64,000 nucleotides of DNA from Myxococcota bacterium (GCA_963676915.2 CAXXVK010000052.1:1-64000); one strand, 5' to 3'; counted from the first letter of the stretch, positions 28,736 through 38,893 are shown. The notes: a model not told the origin generated them from the letters alone. A program made the numbers and translations.

Positions 28736-29848
28736 ATGAAATATCGCGCATTAACCATCCAAAAACGTACGCTGATGTCGAACGTCGTGCTTGGTTGCGG
28801 ATTGCTTTGGTTGTTATCGGGCTGTTTTGTGGACAGCCAGTGCCAATCGAGCGCGGATTGCGCCTCGGGAGAAGTCTGCATCAACGGAGACTGCCGTTTC
28901 GAATGCAACGACAACGCAGACTGCGCCATCGATTACGAATGCGTAAATCATTACTGTCTCTTCAGTGAAGGTTGTATCGGTTGCCCTTATCCCGATGCCC
29001 CCCAAGCAACGTCTCGTTGCGAGCACGGCGTCTGCGAAATCCTCTCCTGCGACGAGAATTGGGTGGACGCCAACGACGATCCCCGCGACGGCTGCGAATG
29101 TACGCCAACCAACAACGGGGAGGAAATCCTCGATACTCTGGACAACGACTGCGACGGCCTCACGGACGAAGGCTTCAATTGCGAAGAAACCAACGACGGC
29201 GTGGAAATCTGCGACGGAAAAGACAACGACTGCAACGGAAAAATCGACGACGGGCTGGTCTGCTGCCCGGATGACATGCTGGTCGTCGGCGATCTGTTCT
29301 GCATGGATATCTACGAAGCTTCCCGCCCGGATGCCGAAGAAAATAACATCGGACAGGACGAAAGTCAGGCGACATCCCGCCCCGGCGTTCTGCCATGGAC
29401 CTACGTCACGGTAGAAGAAGCACGCCAGGCCTGCCAAAATGCAGGAAAACGGCTTTGTCATCCCGGTGAATGGCTGACCGCCTGCGAGGGAGACACAGGG
29501 TTGACGTACACGTATGGAAACGAATACGACAACCACATCTGCAACGGTATCGACGCCTATTGCGAAGATCCCGAACCGAACTGCGATTACTCCACGACCG
29601 AAACCCGTTATCGATTGATGCCCACGGCATCCTTTCCGCAATGCCTTAGCCCGGATGGCGCTTACGATGTCAACGGCAATGTCTGGGAATGGGATGCCAC
29701 GACGAACAACAGCGGCGAGTTGGTCGGACGAGCTCGAGGTGGAGCGTTCAACTGTATAAATTCACGAAAACAGCATACATGTACGTATGAAAACTACCGA
29801 TTTTATGGAGAAGCCCAACCCAATGTAGGGTTCCGCTGCTGCAAATGA
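28736..29848 (+). CDS. Cys-rich lipoprotein with MopE-like DNDC repeats and C-terminal FGE-sulfatase (SUMF1) domain
   Basis: Lipobox LSGC; EICDGKDNDCNGKIDD; MDIYEAS, GKRLC..EW..AC, DVNGNVWEW, RGG, GFRCC. Confidence 0.88.
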   Translation: MKYRALTIQKRTLMSNVVLGCGLLWLLSGCFVDSQCQSSADCASGEVCINGDCRFECNDNADCAIDYECVNHYCLFSEGCIGCPYPDAPQATSRCEHGVCEILSCDENWVDANDDPRDGCECTPTNNGEEILDTLDNDCDGLTDEGFNCEETNDGVEICDGKDNDCNGKIDDGLVCCPDDMLVVGDLFCMDIYEASRPDAEENNIGQDESQATSRPGVLPWTYVTVEEARQACQNAGKRLCHPGEWLTACEGDTGLTYTYGNEYDNHICNGIDAYCEDPEPNCDYSTTETRYRLMPTASFPQCLSPDGAYDVNGNVWEWDATTNNSGELVGRARGGAFNCINSRKQHTCTYENYRFYGEAQPNVGFRCCK

Positions 29849-30342
29849 TGAGTTGGAAGCGAAAGAGTGACGGCATGAAACGGTCTCTTCTACGCGTTGC
29901 GGTTTTGCTAGGCATCCCATTCCTGCTGGCCGTGTCGGTCAATGCGTTTCGACCGACTCCGTTGGATTGGCTGGCTAAGGAAGCGTATGAAATCTTTCAG
30001 GATTGCCCCGAAGCCACGTCCCAGGCCGAAGCGGTGACACTCGAATTCGTCCGTGGGAAACAAACATCCGTCCTCTGGGTCGATGCCCGTCCCGAGGAGG
30101 AATTCGCGAAAAGCCACCTTCCCGAAGCGGTGAACGTCGTCTACGACACACTGTTTCCGGTGGCCGAAGAAGACCTGCAAAACCTGCAAGCCGTTTCCAA
30201 AGGGAAAACGGTCGTCGTTTACGGTACGGAAGGAATCGGGAAATTGCTGGCCGACGATCTGGCGTCCCAGGGGATGGTTGGGGTAAAATACCTTGAGCCT
30301 ACAGCCGACTGGAAAACCTTGCTGATAGGGAAAGCACCATGA
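29845..30342 (+). CDS. Membrane-anchored rhodanese-like domain protein
   Basis: N-terminal TM; WVDARP.EF..SHLPEAVN; VVVYG where rhodaneses usually have VYC. Confidence 0.85.
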   Translation: MMSWKRKSDGMKRSLLRVAVLLGIPFLLAVSVNAFRPTPLDWLAKEAYEIFQDCPEATSQAEAVTLEFVRGKQTSVLWVDARPEEEFAKSHLPEAVNVVYDTLFPVAEEDLQNLQAVSKGKTVVVYGTEGIGKLLADDLASQGMVGVKYLEPTADWKTLLIGKAP

Positions 30343-30836
30343 GCGGACAGGCAAAACAGCGTTTACGCACGATAGGAACCGTTTTGGCGTTGCCGTTGCG
30401 GGTTTATATCGGAATCGTGTTCATTATCGCGAGTTTGTATAAAATTTCCGATCCGTATGCCTTCGCGCTGTCGATCGCAACTTACCAGATTCTCCCCCTG
30501 TGGAGCATCAACCCCTTTGCTCTACTGCTGCCGTGGGTGGAACTGCTGGTGGGAACCACGATGGTACTGGGTCTGTGGACACGCGAAAGCGCCGCGTTGA
30601 TCAGCGGAATGATGGTCATGTTCCTTGTCGCGTTGACCCTGGCGCTTACGAAAGATCTGCAAATGTCCTGCGGTTGCTTCGCATCCCAGGAAGCCGCCGA
30701 CGAAATCGGCGTTCATACGATTTATCGCGATCTCGCATGGCTGACAGCGGGACTCTGGACCTTGTTTTTCGATGATGGGAGGTTTGGCCTCGATGGGTGG
30801 TTCTCGTACAGAAAAAGGCGAAAACATGCGAATTGA
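30339..30836 (+). CDS. MauE/DoxX family membrane protein
   Basis: R..IG.VF..A..KI.DP..F, LPWVEL, SCGCF, RD. Confidence 0.9.
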   Translation: MSGQAKQRLRTIGTVLALPLRVYIGIVFIIASLYKISDPYAFALSIATYQILPLWSINPFALLLPWVELLVGTTMVLGLWTRESAALISGMMVMFLVALTLALTKDLQMSCGCFASQEAADEIGVHTIYRDLAWLTAGLWTLFFDDGRFGLDGWFSYRKRRKHAN

Positions 30837-31698
30837 AAGAAAATGGCGCCGTTTGTTCGGACTTCTGGCGGCCTTCATCCTGATGGCTCTACCCCTGTGG
30901 AGCATGGCGCAGAACGATATCTGGACACACGTTCCCGGAGCCGACCGTCTTAAAGCGGCGCATAAAGATGTACTGACCCAGGTTTTCGCCAAAGCCAATT
31001 GTTACGCAGGATGTCCCGACACCCTCGCCAACTGCCTTAAAGACGCCCCCGAGGAGCCCGCCGTCAAGAGGTTGGCAGGCTTCGCCGTACGAAGAGCACT
31101 CAAAGGCGGTACGGTGGAATCCATCCTCGAAGACATCAAAAATCGTGCTGTTTCCGTCTATCCTCCCAAAACGTATAAGCCGGATCTCAAAGGAATCCCC
31201 GCTTCGGGAAATCCCAAGGCCAAGATTCAGGTCGTAGCCTACTCGGATTTCGAATGTCCTTATTGCAACGTAGCCCTGCCCGCTTTGCGCAAAATCACAC
31301 AAGAACGTCCGGACTTCGCCGTGCTCTATTTCAAGAATTTCCCCATCAAATCGCACAAAGCCGCCATTCCTTCCGCAACGGCTTTCGTCGCCTCGCAAAG
31401 CCAAAACCGATATTGGGAAATGCACGACTGCCTCTACGCCAAAACCGAACTGTCGGAAGAGGAAATTCTCGACTGCGCCCGCAAAGTCGGACTCGACCTG
31501 AAAATTTTTGAAAAAGACCGCAAAGCCAAGGCGACTCTGAACCGCATCCGCAAAGAAAAGAAGGAAGGCATTTCGTTTGGAGTGCTCGGCACGCCGGGGC
31601 TGTTCATCAATGGAAAATTCTACGTAGGCCCGAAAAACTACGATGACCTGTTGGACCGCCTGGAGGAAGAACGGGATATCATCGAGGGACGACAATAA
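30826..31698 (+). CDS. DsbA/thioredoxin_4 protein with N-terminal Cys-motif domain
   Basis: Signal peptide; CYAGC..LANC; YSDFECPYC, KNFP, GTP. Confidence 0.9.
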   Translation: MRIERKWRRLFGLLAAFILMALPLWSMAQNDIWTHVPGADRLKAAHKDVLTQVFAKANCYAGCPDTLANCLKDAPEEPAVKRLAGFAVRRALKGGTVESILEDIKNRAVSVYPPKTYKPDLKGIPASGNPKAKIQVVAYSDFECPYCNVALPALRKITQERPDFAVLYFKNFPIKSHKAAIPSATAFVASQSQNRYWEMHDCLYAKTELSEEEILDCARKVGLDLKIFEKDRKAKATLNRIRKEKKEGISFGVLGTPGLFINGKFYVGPKNYDDLLDRLEEERDIIEGRQ

Positions 31699-31738
31699 CC
31701 ATCCGTCGGCTCGTAGCCGTCCCCGGAGGATCGATTTC

Positions 31739-34192
31739 ATGAAAACCGCTTGGATTCCACTTGTATTTTTCATTTTTTCACTTGTATTTCTCGTTGCTTG
31801 CGACGACGGCGGAGGCTCCGGTGTTGCCATTGGAGAAGACAAAGACTGGGGCGACCCTTACGAATGGGAAGAAGACATCGAGCCGGAAGTCCTGGAATTC
31901 GAACGAATCGAAATTCCAGAGGAACTCAACCAGGGTGTCACCGACCGTCCCTACCTGCAATGGCTGGTCAAACAGTGGGATTACAACGATGAGGACGTTC
32001 CCTTGGGTGCCACCTCGATTACGCCCCGCGTTCCCTCGGGAGCCTTTCTCGGGGGATCGTTCGGACTGGTTCGCTGGGACGATGAAAACGAACTCTTCAT
32101 TCCCATCGAAATCGCTGACGAGGATGAAACTCCCGAATTTCAGGTACTGCACATCGTACCGGACCCGACTATGGCATCGTTGCAGTGGGTTGTAACAGCC
32201 GATCGTCTACTGATGTTGCAAGTAGGCAATCCCGGACGCCCCGACACGTTGCAGGTCCATTGCAAGGATCTTTCGGGAAGTCTACGAACCTTAGTATTCC
32301 GAGGCAGCGAAGCCTATCTGGCGACCAGTTCCAAACTGTACGAAGTCCGTAACAATCCAGGTGCAACGAACAATTGTGTGGTCGAGGATCTGCCGTTTCG
32401 GGAATCGATCGTAGATATTACCGCAAACACCAATAAAGCCATGGCAATGATGACCTTCGACAACAACATGGAGCAACGTCACAAGCAACTGTGGATTTAC
32501 TCCAACGGACATTGGGCCGACGACCCGGTGTTGTATACAGATGGTTTGATGCAAAACGACATTCGTTCGATGCAAATGACGGATGACGACGAAGTGCTGC
32601 TGATTTCTTCCGTAGGCGTGCAGGTTTACGACATATGGGATGACAAACTGACATTTCTCGCCTCGGGAAAAGACGGTTTTCCCGAAGTTGAACTATGGGA
32701 TCGAACGACGGATGAGGAAGGCGTAGAGCTATACGCAAGTGACTTCGGCGTGTTCCGCAAGGAAGCAAACGCCACTCGTTGGGAAGTCTTAACGGGACCA
32801 CGCTGGCTTCCCGATGACATGGTAACAGCCGTTGGCGTATCCAACGAAACAACACAGCACGAAGCGAGCGAACAGGCAAAAGCCGTCTATCCGATCTTCG
32901 CGGCGACACGCTCCGATGACACTACCAATGCAAAATCCGGTCTGGCGTTTATTCATCGAGAAGAATGGAAACTCAAAGATAAAGAAGCCATTTTCCGCAA
33001 GAATATCGAGGACCTCCACCGGCGGATGAACGCTTTCGTAGCTCCGTTGGATCTTCCCTACTCCGGCTCGCTGGAATTGGCCGAACCTCGGATCATGTCC
33101 CGCGAGGGATTGTGGTCGGGACTGTATGTGCTGGCCGAAATCTGCCGCTATCGTGAAACCACCGGAGAAGACGAACGCCTCAGTGTCAAGGAAAACGCAT
33201 GGCCTATCATCTCGAAAATCCTCGAGATGGAAAAAGCGACTTTGGATGAAAACGCCGACGGCGGCTATCTCCCCGCGACGTACGCGCCTGTGGAAGACGC
33301 TACGGGAAACGGCTGGCATAAAGGAGATAAGAACGCCTGGCTCGAAGGGACAGACGCTGCCTCGCTAGTAGGCTGGGTCATGGCACTGTCTCTGTTCCAT
33401 GAAGAAATGGCCGACGACGATCAAAAAGCCGCCATCGAAAACCTGCTGCTGCGCGTTGCCATTTATCTTGCCAACAACAGTTGGCGCTACATCATTCCAG
33501 GCGGCGATACTCCCGATGGGGCGGATTTCTCCGAAACGATGGTGGAAAACGATAGCTACGGTCCTCTACGCGCCTTGCAGCTTCTTGCGATTTTACGAGC
33601 CATTTATTCGATCACAGAAGATCCCTTTGCGTACGAAGCCTACGTAGACCGAGCCTGGACCGCAACCTACGCTCAGAAAGTTTCCGAGCAGAAAACAGCG
33701 GGATCGGATCGTCAGGCCGACCATGCCGCCGACCTGGAAGCCTTCATGGCCTTTCACCTGCTGCTGCATTATTCCAACTTCGCCGAACTGCGCCCCATGT
33801 ACGAAAGTGCACTGAAATCTAGTTGGGAGTTGGAACGCAACGAGCAGAACCCGTTTTTCAACTTCGTTGCCGGGGCAGTATTTCATGAAAACATCGATGT
33901 CGATGCCGCCATTCTAACCCTTCAAAAATGGCCGCTCGACCTTCTGGATTGGAATCAGAGCACTTGCTGGCGAAAAGATCTTACAGCACTCGACATCGAT
34001 TGGCAGGGTTGGGCGCAAATAGCCGAAAAACTTAACGAATACGAACGTCCGTTGATGCGTCTCGATTCGAATCCCTACCGCTGCGGCTTCGATGCTCCAG
34101 CGGATTCCCCGGAAGGTGGACGAGTGCGGGATTCCGGTGTGAGCTGGTATGTGTCCTACTGGCTGGGACGTTCTCTAGGCTTCATCCTTTAG
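31739..34192 (+). CDS. Large hypothetical lipoprotein (predicted beta-propeller plus alpha-helical barrel)
   Basis: Lipobox LVAC; beta-rich N half, helical C half; GGAGG RBS. Confidence 0.7.
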   Translation: MKTAWIPLVFFIFSLVFLVACDDGGGSGVAIGEDKDWGDPYEWEEDIEPEVLEFERIEIPEELNQGVTDRPYLQWLVKQWDYNDEDVPLGATSITPRVPSGAFLGGSFGLVRWDDENELFIPIEIADEDETPEFQVLHIVPDPTMASLQWVVTADRLLMLQVGNPGRPDTLQVHCKDLSGSLRTLVFRGSEAYLATSSKLYEVRNNPGATNNCVVEDLPFRESIVDITANTNKAMAMMTFDNNMEQRHKQLWIYSNGHWADDPVLYTDGLMQNDIRSMQMTDDDEVLLISSVGVQVYDIWDDKLTFLASGKDGFPEVELWDRTTDEEGVELYASDFGVFRKEANATRWEVLTGPRWLPDDMVTAVGVSNETTQHEASEQAKAVYPIFAATRSDDTTNAKSGLAFIHREEWKLKDKEAIFRKNIEDLHRRMNAFVAPLDLPYSGSLELAEPRIMSREGLWSGLYVLAEICRYRETTGEDERLSVKENAWPIISKILEMEKATLDENADGGYLPATYAPVEDATGNGWHKGDKNAWLEGTDAASLVGWVMALSLFHEEMADDDQKAAIENLLLRVAIYLANNSWRYIIPGGDTPDGADFSETMVENDSYGPLRALQLLAILRAIYSITEDPFAYEAYVDRAWTATYAQKVSEQKTAGSDRQADHAADLEAFMAFHLLLHYSNFAELRPMYESALKSSWELERNEQNPFFNFVAGAVFHENIDVDAAILTLQKWPLDLLDWNQSTCWRKDLTALDIDWQGWAQIAEKLNEYERPLMRLDSNPYRCGFDAPADSPEGGRVRDSGVSWYVSYWLGRSLGFIL

Positions 34193-34208
34193 AAAGGCAA
34201 GGATTTCC

Positions 34209-35177
34209 ATGGCTTCGGCCACACCTCTGAGCGAACTCGGGCTGATTCTAAGTTACCGCTGCAATATGCGCTGTCGCTACTGCCCTGTCTTCAAAAAGCC
34301 GGAAAACATGAGTCTTGAGGTGCTTGAAAAAGCCCTGGAAGTCTTCTGCCAGGAGCCGCCGCCTGAACAACTCCGCTTTTTCGGCGGTGATCCGCTATTG
34401 TCATTCGATCTAGTACGCGAAACCTTCCGCCTGACCAATGAAATCTGTCCCGATCCCGAGCAATTAAATTTCGAACTGACCACCAACGGCTTGTTGCTTG
34501 ACGACGAAATCCTGGAGTTTTTCCATAAAGAGACGCGCTTGGGTGTCGTCATCAGCCTCGACGGATGCCGCGAGGATCAGGAACTCAACCGGCGACCCAT
34601 CCACGACGGCGATGGCTCCTTCGATTTCTGGCCCCATTACCATCATAGTCTGCTAAGCCTTCCTGGCTTCCGCTGGGTCAACATGGTGATTGCCCCGAAT
34701 ACCGCCGCCAACGTTTTCGAGAATTTCTCTTTTCTTGTGCGTGAAGGATTGCGTTCGTTCAATTTTTTACCGGCGTTTTATCAACCCTGGGAAGCTTCAC
34801 AACTGCATGATCTCGAACATGGACTGTCTCTGGTTGCGAGTTTCCTGGAACGCGCGTTAAGAAATGGCAACACGTTTTTCATTCGCAATCTCGACGTCAA
34901 TCTGCCTCACCCGCTGTATCGAACAGGACGGACCGTTGATACGGACGGCGAGGTCTTCGATAGCGATATCATCGTCACAGAACCGTTCATGAGTCATCGG
35001 GAACGTTTTTCACTGGGAAATGTGCTCAACGCACACAGTCCCGACGATTTTTTCGACGCCCCCGAATGGTCCTGGGACGATGCTCACGAGGCATTGATCG
35101 CCCCGGACATCCGAAAAGCCACTGCCCAAGCCGACGAGATCCTGGGAAGATTTGTCGAACGACTGAAAACCATATAA
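34209..35177 (+). CDS. Radical SAM protein
   Basis: CNMRCRYC, FFGGDP, TTNG, ISLDG; no SPASM cysteines. Confidence 0.9.
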   Translation: MASATPLSELGLILSYRCNMRCRYCPVFKKPENMSLEVLEKALEVFCQEPPPEQLRFFGGDPLLSFDLVRETFRLTNEICPDPEQLNFELTTNGLLLDDEILEFFHKETRLGVVISLDGCREDQELNRRPIHDGDGSFDFWPHYHHSLLSLPGFRWVNMVIAPNTAANVFENFSFLVREGLRSFNFLPAFYQPWEASQLHDLEHGLSLVASFLERALRNGNTFFIRNLDVNLPHPLYRTGRTVDTDGEVFDSDIIVTEPFMSHRERFSLGNVLNAHSPDDFFDAPEWSWDDAHEALIAPDIRKATAQADEILGRFVERLKTI

Positions 35178-35202
35178 TTTCAACTGAAAATGAAAGTGTG
35201 AA

Positions 35203-36651
35203 ATGCCCCCTTCACGTTTCCAAACACCCCGCTTTCAATGGATCGTTCTACTTTTCCTCTTGCTTGTTGTCAGTGGGGTGAATTTTTGGCGGGCAGTGCA
35301 TATCGATCCCGTGGAAATCGATGTCCCTCTTCGGATCATGACGGCCATTTCCTGGTTGGAATCTCCCCATTGGCCGGGAACCGAATTCTGGCTTCCACTT
35401 CACCGGATGCTGCTTGGAGTCTGGCTGGGAATTTTACCGGAAACACCCACGTTCGACACTGTAGCCAAAGGACTGTTGTTCGGACAAGCCTGCTATGTGC
35501 TTCTCGTGTTGTTCGCCTCTCTACTGGCCTATCGGTTGGAAAAAACCTGGTGGTGGATCACCCCCCTTGGCCTGCTTCTTGGACCGCTTTATTGGGAACA
35601 GAGTCTCATCCCCCTCGCAGAACTTCCCGCTACGGTCTTTCTCGTTTGTTCGTTATGGCTGATTCACAAGGCTACGGAACCTCAAAAAAACGCTCGATGG
35701 CTTCTCTTTGCAACCATATTGATCCTATGCGCCGAGATGCTTCGATACGAGCTATGGGCCGTCGTTCCTTTCATCGTTCTCGCCATGCCGAAAAGCCGCT
35801 GGAAATTTTATTTCCTGATCCTTTTGGCCGTTTTCCCATTGATGTGGATGTTCGGACATTGGACGGTTCATCACGATCCACTGTACGGTATCCACAAAGC
35901 GGCAACGTGGCAGCAAGCCAAAGGATTCGAAGCTATCAATGGATTTCAGGAAGGCGCTTCCCGAACGGCATTTTGGCTCAATACCGTAGGTTTCGGTGCA
36001 GGATTGCCAGTGGTTTTACTTGGAATCATCGGTCTATTTTCGTGGAAAACCAGCCGTTGGAAGACCTGGACAGCCGGACTCGCTGTTTTCCTCCTCGCCG
36101 TCAACCTCTTCGGGTTGTTATCGGGCACCAGCCTGCCGAGGTCACGATACTTCCTGCCAGGACTGACCTTGCTGGTCGTTTTCGCACCTTTGGGACTTGG
36201 GATATTGCAAAACCGTTTATCCAATCTTTCAAGACGTTTACAACTCCTTGTCTTAGCCGTCATAGTGGTTTCGATGCTTGTTTCTCCCATGGCGTTTTTC
36301 GCATCATCCCATCGCTATGTCCCGGAAAACCGCCCCTCTTACTCCGACACGCTCGCAAACTCCATCGATACACTCGATAGCAACCTGCCGGTTTCCATCG
36401 TTTCCGCCCAAAATGCGTTTCAATACTTGCTGGCGCTGAAACTCGAAGGAAATCCCTTGGATCGAATCGCGATTCTCGCAACGTTTCCGGACCGTTCTCA
36501 GTTGAAAACATTGTTGCAAGAAAAACCGGCTGGGTTCCTCATCACGACGGCACCGCTTTCCAGTCAAGAACAATCGCTGCTACCCAATCTCAAACGAATG
36601 TCTTTCCCGGACGATAACAACCTCTTTCTGTTTCGATACGGAATACCATAA
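35203..36651 (+). CDS. Polytopic membrane protein, probable GT-C glycosyltransferase
   Basis: About 11 TM segments; WLPLH, AE, RYE, RYFLP motifs. Confidence 0.65.
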   Translation: MPPSRFQTPRFQWIVLLFLLLVVSGVNFWRAVHIDPVEIDVPLRIMTAISWLESPHWPGTEFWLPLHRMLLGVWLGILPETPTFDTVAKGLLFGQACYVLLVLFASLLAYRLEKTWWWITPLGLLLGPLYWEQSLIPLAELPATVFLVCSLWLIHKATEPQKNARWLLFATILILCAEMLRYELWAVVPFIVLAMPKSRWKFYFLILLAVFPLMWMFGHWTVHHDPLYGIHKAATWQQAKGFEAINGFQEGASRTAFWLNTVGFGAGLPVVLLGIIGLFSWKTSRWKTWTAGLAVFLLAVNLFGLLSGTSLPRSRYFLPGLTLLVVFAPLGLGILQNRLSNLSRRLQLLVLAVIVVSMLVSPMAFFASSHRYVPENRPSYSDTLANSIDTLDSNLPVSIVSAQNAFQYLLALKLEGNPLDRIAILATFPDRSQLKTLLQEKPAGFLITTAPLSSQEQSLLPNLKRMSFPDDNNLFLFRYGIP

Positions 36652-36809
36652 ACCACGGATTTTCTCGGGATTCCCAAGGAACTTCTTCGAATTTCCACTG
36701 AATTGTGATATGAGTCCCGCCAGTACTACATCATTGGACGGCGTTCGGCATCTGTCGTCCAACGATCGGCCGCATTTGTGTTCAACTTTTCTAACATTCG
36801 AGGTGTACG

Positions 36810-37166
36810 ATGGCGAAAATCGGAGTGTTGACCTGCGAAAAAATCAAAGATATCCACTGCATAGGCTGTATCAAATGCCACAAAGCCATTTCGGAGAAAG
36901 TCGGAACCTTCGCCAATCATGACGATGAGATCGAAGTTGTTTTCTGGGCCGGCTGCGGCGGATGCCCCGGACTGTTTATGCCGAAAATGACCATTACCAA
37001 CGAAATGACTGAAAAACTCGGACGCGAATACGATGTCGTGCACATCGGTACTTGCATGGTCAAAGCCGTGAAAACGGCGGGCTGCCCCATCGATCTGGAC
37101 GACATGAAAGCGAAAATCGAGGGCAAATGGGGTAAAAAAGTCATTATCGGAACTCATCCCTGGTAA
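36810..37166 (+). CDS. CGGC domain protein
   Basis: KIGVLTC, CIGCIKC, CGGCPG, HIGTC, CP, GTH. Confidence 0.92.
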   Translation: MAKIGVLTCEKIKDIHCIGCIKCHKAISEKVGTFANHDDEIEVVFWAGCGGCPGLFMPKMTITNEMTEKLGREYDVVHIGTCMVKAVKTAGCPIDLDDMKAKIEGKWGKKVIIGTHPW

Positions 37167-37182
37167 ACAAAAGCTAAACCTC

Positions 37183-37222
37183 AAAAAGCCGAAAAGCCCA
37201 TACGGACTTCTCGGCTTTTTTT
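37183..37222. terminator. Bidirectional terminator
   Basis: AAAAAGCCGA...TCGGCTTTTTTT between convergent genes. Confidence 0.75.
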
Positions 37223-37244
37223 GTATCCTTAGAAGGCGATCTTC

Positions 37245-37643
37245 TTATAAGACCTTGATAACTTTCTGAATTTTCTTATCGACTTCTTCAACGAGTTCCT
37301 GCATGGCCTCGTTTTGAATGACCTGGAACATGGCTTTCGGATTCGCCATGGACACCACCACCGAACCGTCATCCTCTTCGAAAACAATCACGTTGCACGG
37401 CAGGATCAGGCCGACAAATGGGTCTGCAGACAATGCGGTGTGGGCCAGTTTTGGCTGGCAAGCCCCCAATATTTTGTATTTTTTGAACTCTATTTCCAGT
37501 TTCGTTTTCAGCGTGTTCGTGACGTCGATTTCCGAAATCACACCAAAATGCTGGGTTTGCATGGCATCGGAAATGCGCTTGACCGCTTCTTCGAAAGAAA
37601 CGCCATCCAGTTTTTTCGTGTAGCCGTACTCGGGATAAATCAT
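37245..37643 (-). CDS. DUF302 domain protein
   Basis: FGVISEID, YKILGACQP, LPCNV. Confidence 0.92.
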   Translation of the reverse strand: MIYPEYGYTKKLDGVSFEEAVKRISDAMQTQHFGVISEIDVTNTLKTKLEIEFKKYKILGACQPKLAHTALSADPFVGLILPCNVIVFEEDDGSVVVSMANPKAMFQVIQNEAMQELVEEVDKKIQKVIKVL

Positions 37644-37837
37644 GGTAACCTCCTTCTCACTTCGTTGTTTCTATAGAGCCAACGTTGAAAACTTACGTTG
37701 CGCTTATCTGAAAAGTTTTCCTCTTGATACTTTTCCCATATTTTACAAAAAATCCTATCAATTGTCATGGAACCTTACCTCCGAGCCATAGACAATCGTA
37801 TGCATCGATGTTGTGGTTCTTTCTCAAGGAGGTTCCT

Positions 37838-38893
37838 GTGGACGCACCGGAAATCATTACGAAAAACAAAAATGCTTACCTCACCCTGTTGACCGATCCC
37901 GAGGCTTACACCCGCCTGGACGAAAAAGACGACGCGATTTTCTACCGAAAACCTCGCATGATCGAACATCTTGATTCGTTGGCGCTATCCACCATCGAAA
38001 CCTTGATCGGCGTGCTTGGACAGTACGAGAATCCCGAAATTCTCGATTTGATGGCCAGTTTCAACTCCCATCTCCCGGAAGATCTCAACCCGTCCGGTGT
38101 TACAGGATTGGGTATGAACCTGGAAGAGTTGGAGAAAAATCAGGCTCTGAGCGAACGCGTGATTCACGATCTGAACCGGAATCCCAAACTTCCTTTCGAA
38201 AATCAGCGCTTCGATATCGTCCTGAATGTTTCGTCGATTCAATACGTCCGAGACCCCGTGGAACTCTTCCGTGAGGTGGGACGGGTTCTGAAACCTGGCG
38301 GATTGTTCCTGGTGATCTTCTCCAATCGCATGTTCCCAACAAAAGCCGTACGCTCCTGGGAACGTGCGCAGGATGACGAGCGGCTGAAAATCGTCGAAGC
38401 CTACTTCCAACGAAGCGGGGAATTCGACCTGACCGAAACCTTCGCCTCCATCGGAAAACCCCGTCCCCAGAACGACAAGTACGCAGGCTACGGTATTCCT
38501 TCCGATCCCGTATACGCGGTATATGCGTTAAAACGCGATCCCGTCGGTCTGGGAATGAAACTCCCTCCGATTACTCTGGAATACGAGGAAGCGCTTGAGC
38601 CCGAGGAGCTGGAACGCCGGATGAGCGAGATTGGCGAAACCGGATGCTGTCCCTACTGCGGCGAGCCTTTGAAGGAATGGGCGATTACGGAAAATCCCCA
38701 TACCACCTGGACCAACAACCTGATGGTCTGCGTCAACGATGCCTGCCCCTACGTGGTTCGCGGCTGGGATGTGATGTTCCGGCAAGGCAACCTGGGAACA
38801 TCGTACCGACTCACCTACAATCCCGAAAACGGTCGAGCCATTCCAGTCCCGGTGCCGAACCTCAACGTCATCAAAAACGAACTCGTCGAATAA
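37838..38893 (+). CDS. Class I SAM methyltransferase fused to C-terminal Cys4 zinc-ribbon domain
   Basis: DD..FY..PR...HLD, LDLMAS, GLGMN..EL, HDLN, FSNRMFPTKAV; tail CPYC..CVNDAC; AAGGAGG RBS. Confidence 0.85.
   Translation: MDAPEIITKNKNAYLTLLTDPEAYTRLDEKDDAIFYRKPRMIEHLDSLALSTIETLIGVLGQYENPEILDLMASFNSHLPEDLNPSGVTGLGMNLEELEKNQALSERVIHDLNRNPKLPFENQRFDIVLNVSSIQYVRDPVELFREVGRVLKPGGLFLVIFSNRMFPTKAVRSWERAQDDERLKIVEAYFQRSGEFDLTETFASIGKPRPQNDKYAGYGIPSDPVYAVYALKRDPVGLGMKLPPITLEYEEALEPEELERRMSEIGETGCCPYCGEPLKEWAITENPHTTWTNNLMVCVNDACPYVVRGWDVMFRQGNLGTSYRLTYNPENGRAIPVPVPNLNVIKNELVE

Noticed and set aside
35238-36380. 380-aa alternate-frame ORF within the GT-C gene
   Set aside because: Arg/Ser/Pro-rich off-frame composition, no RBS or domain.
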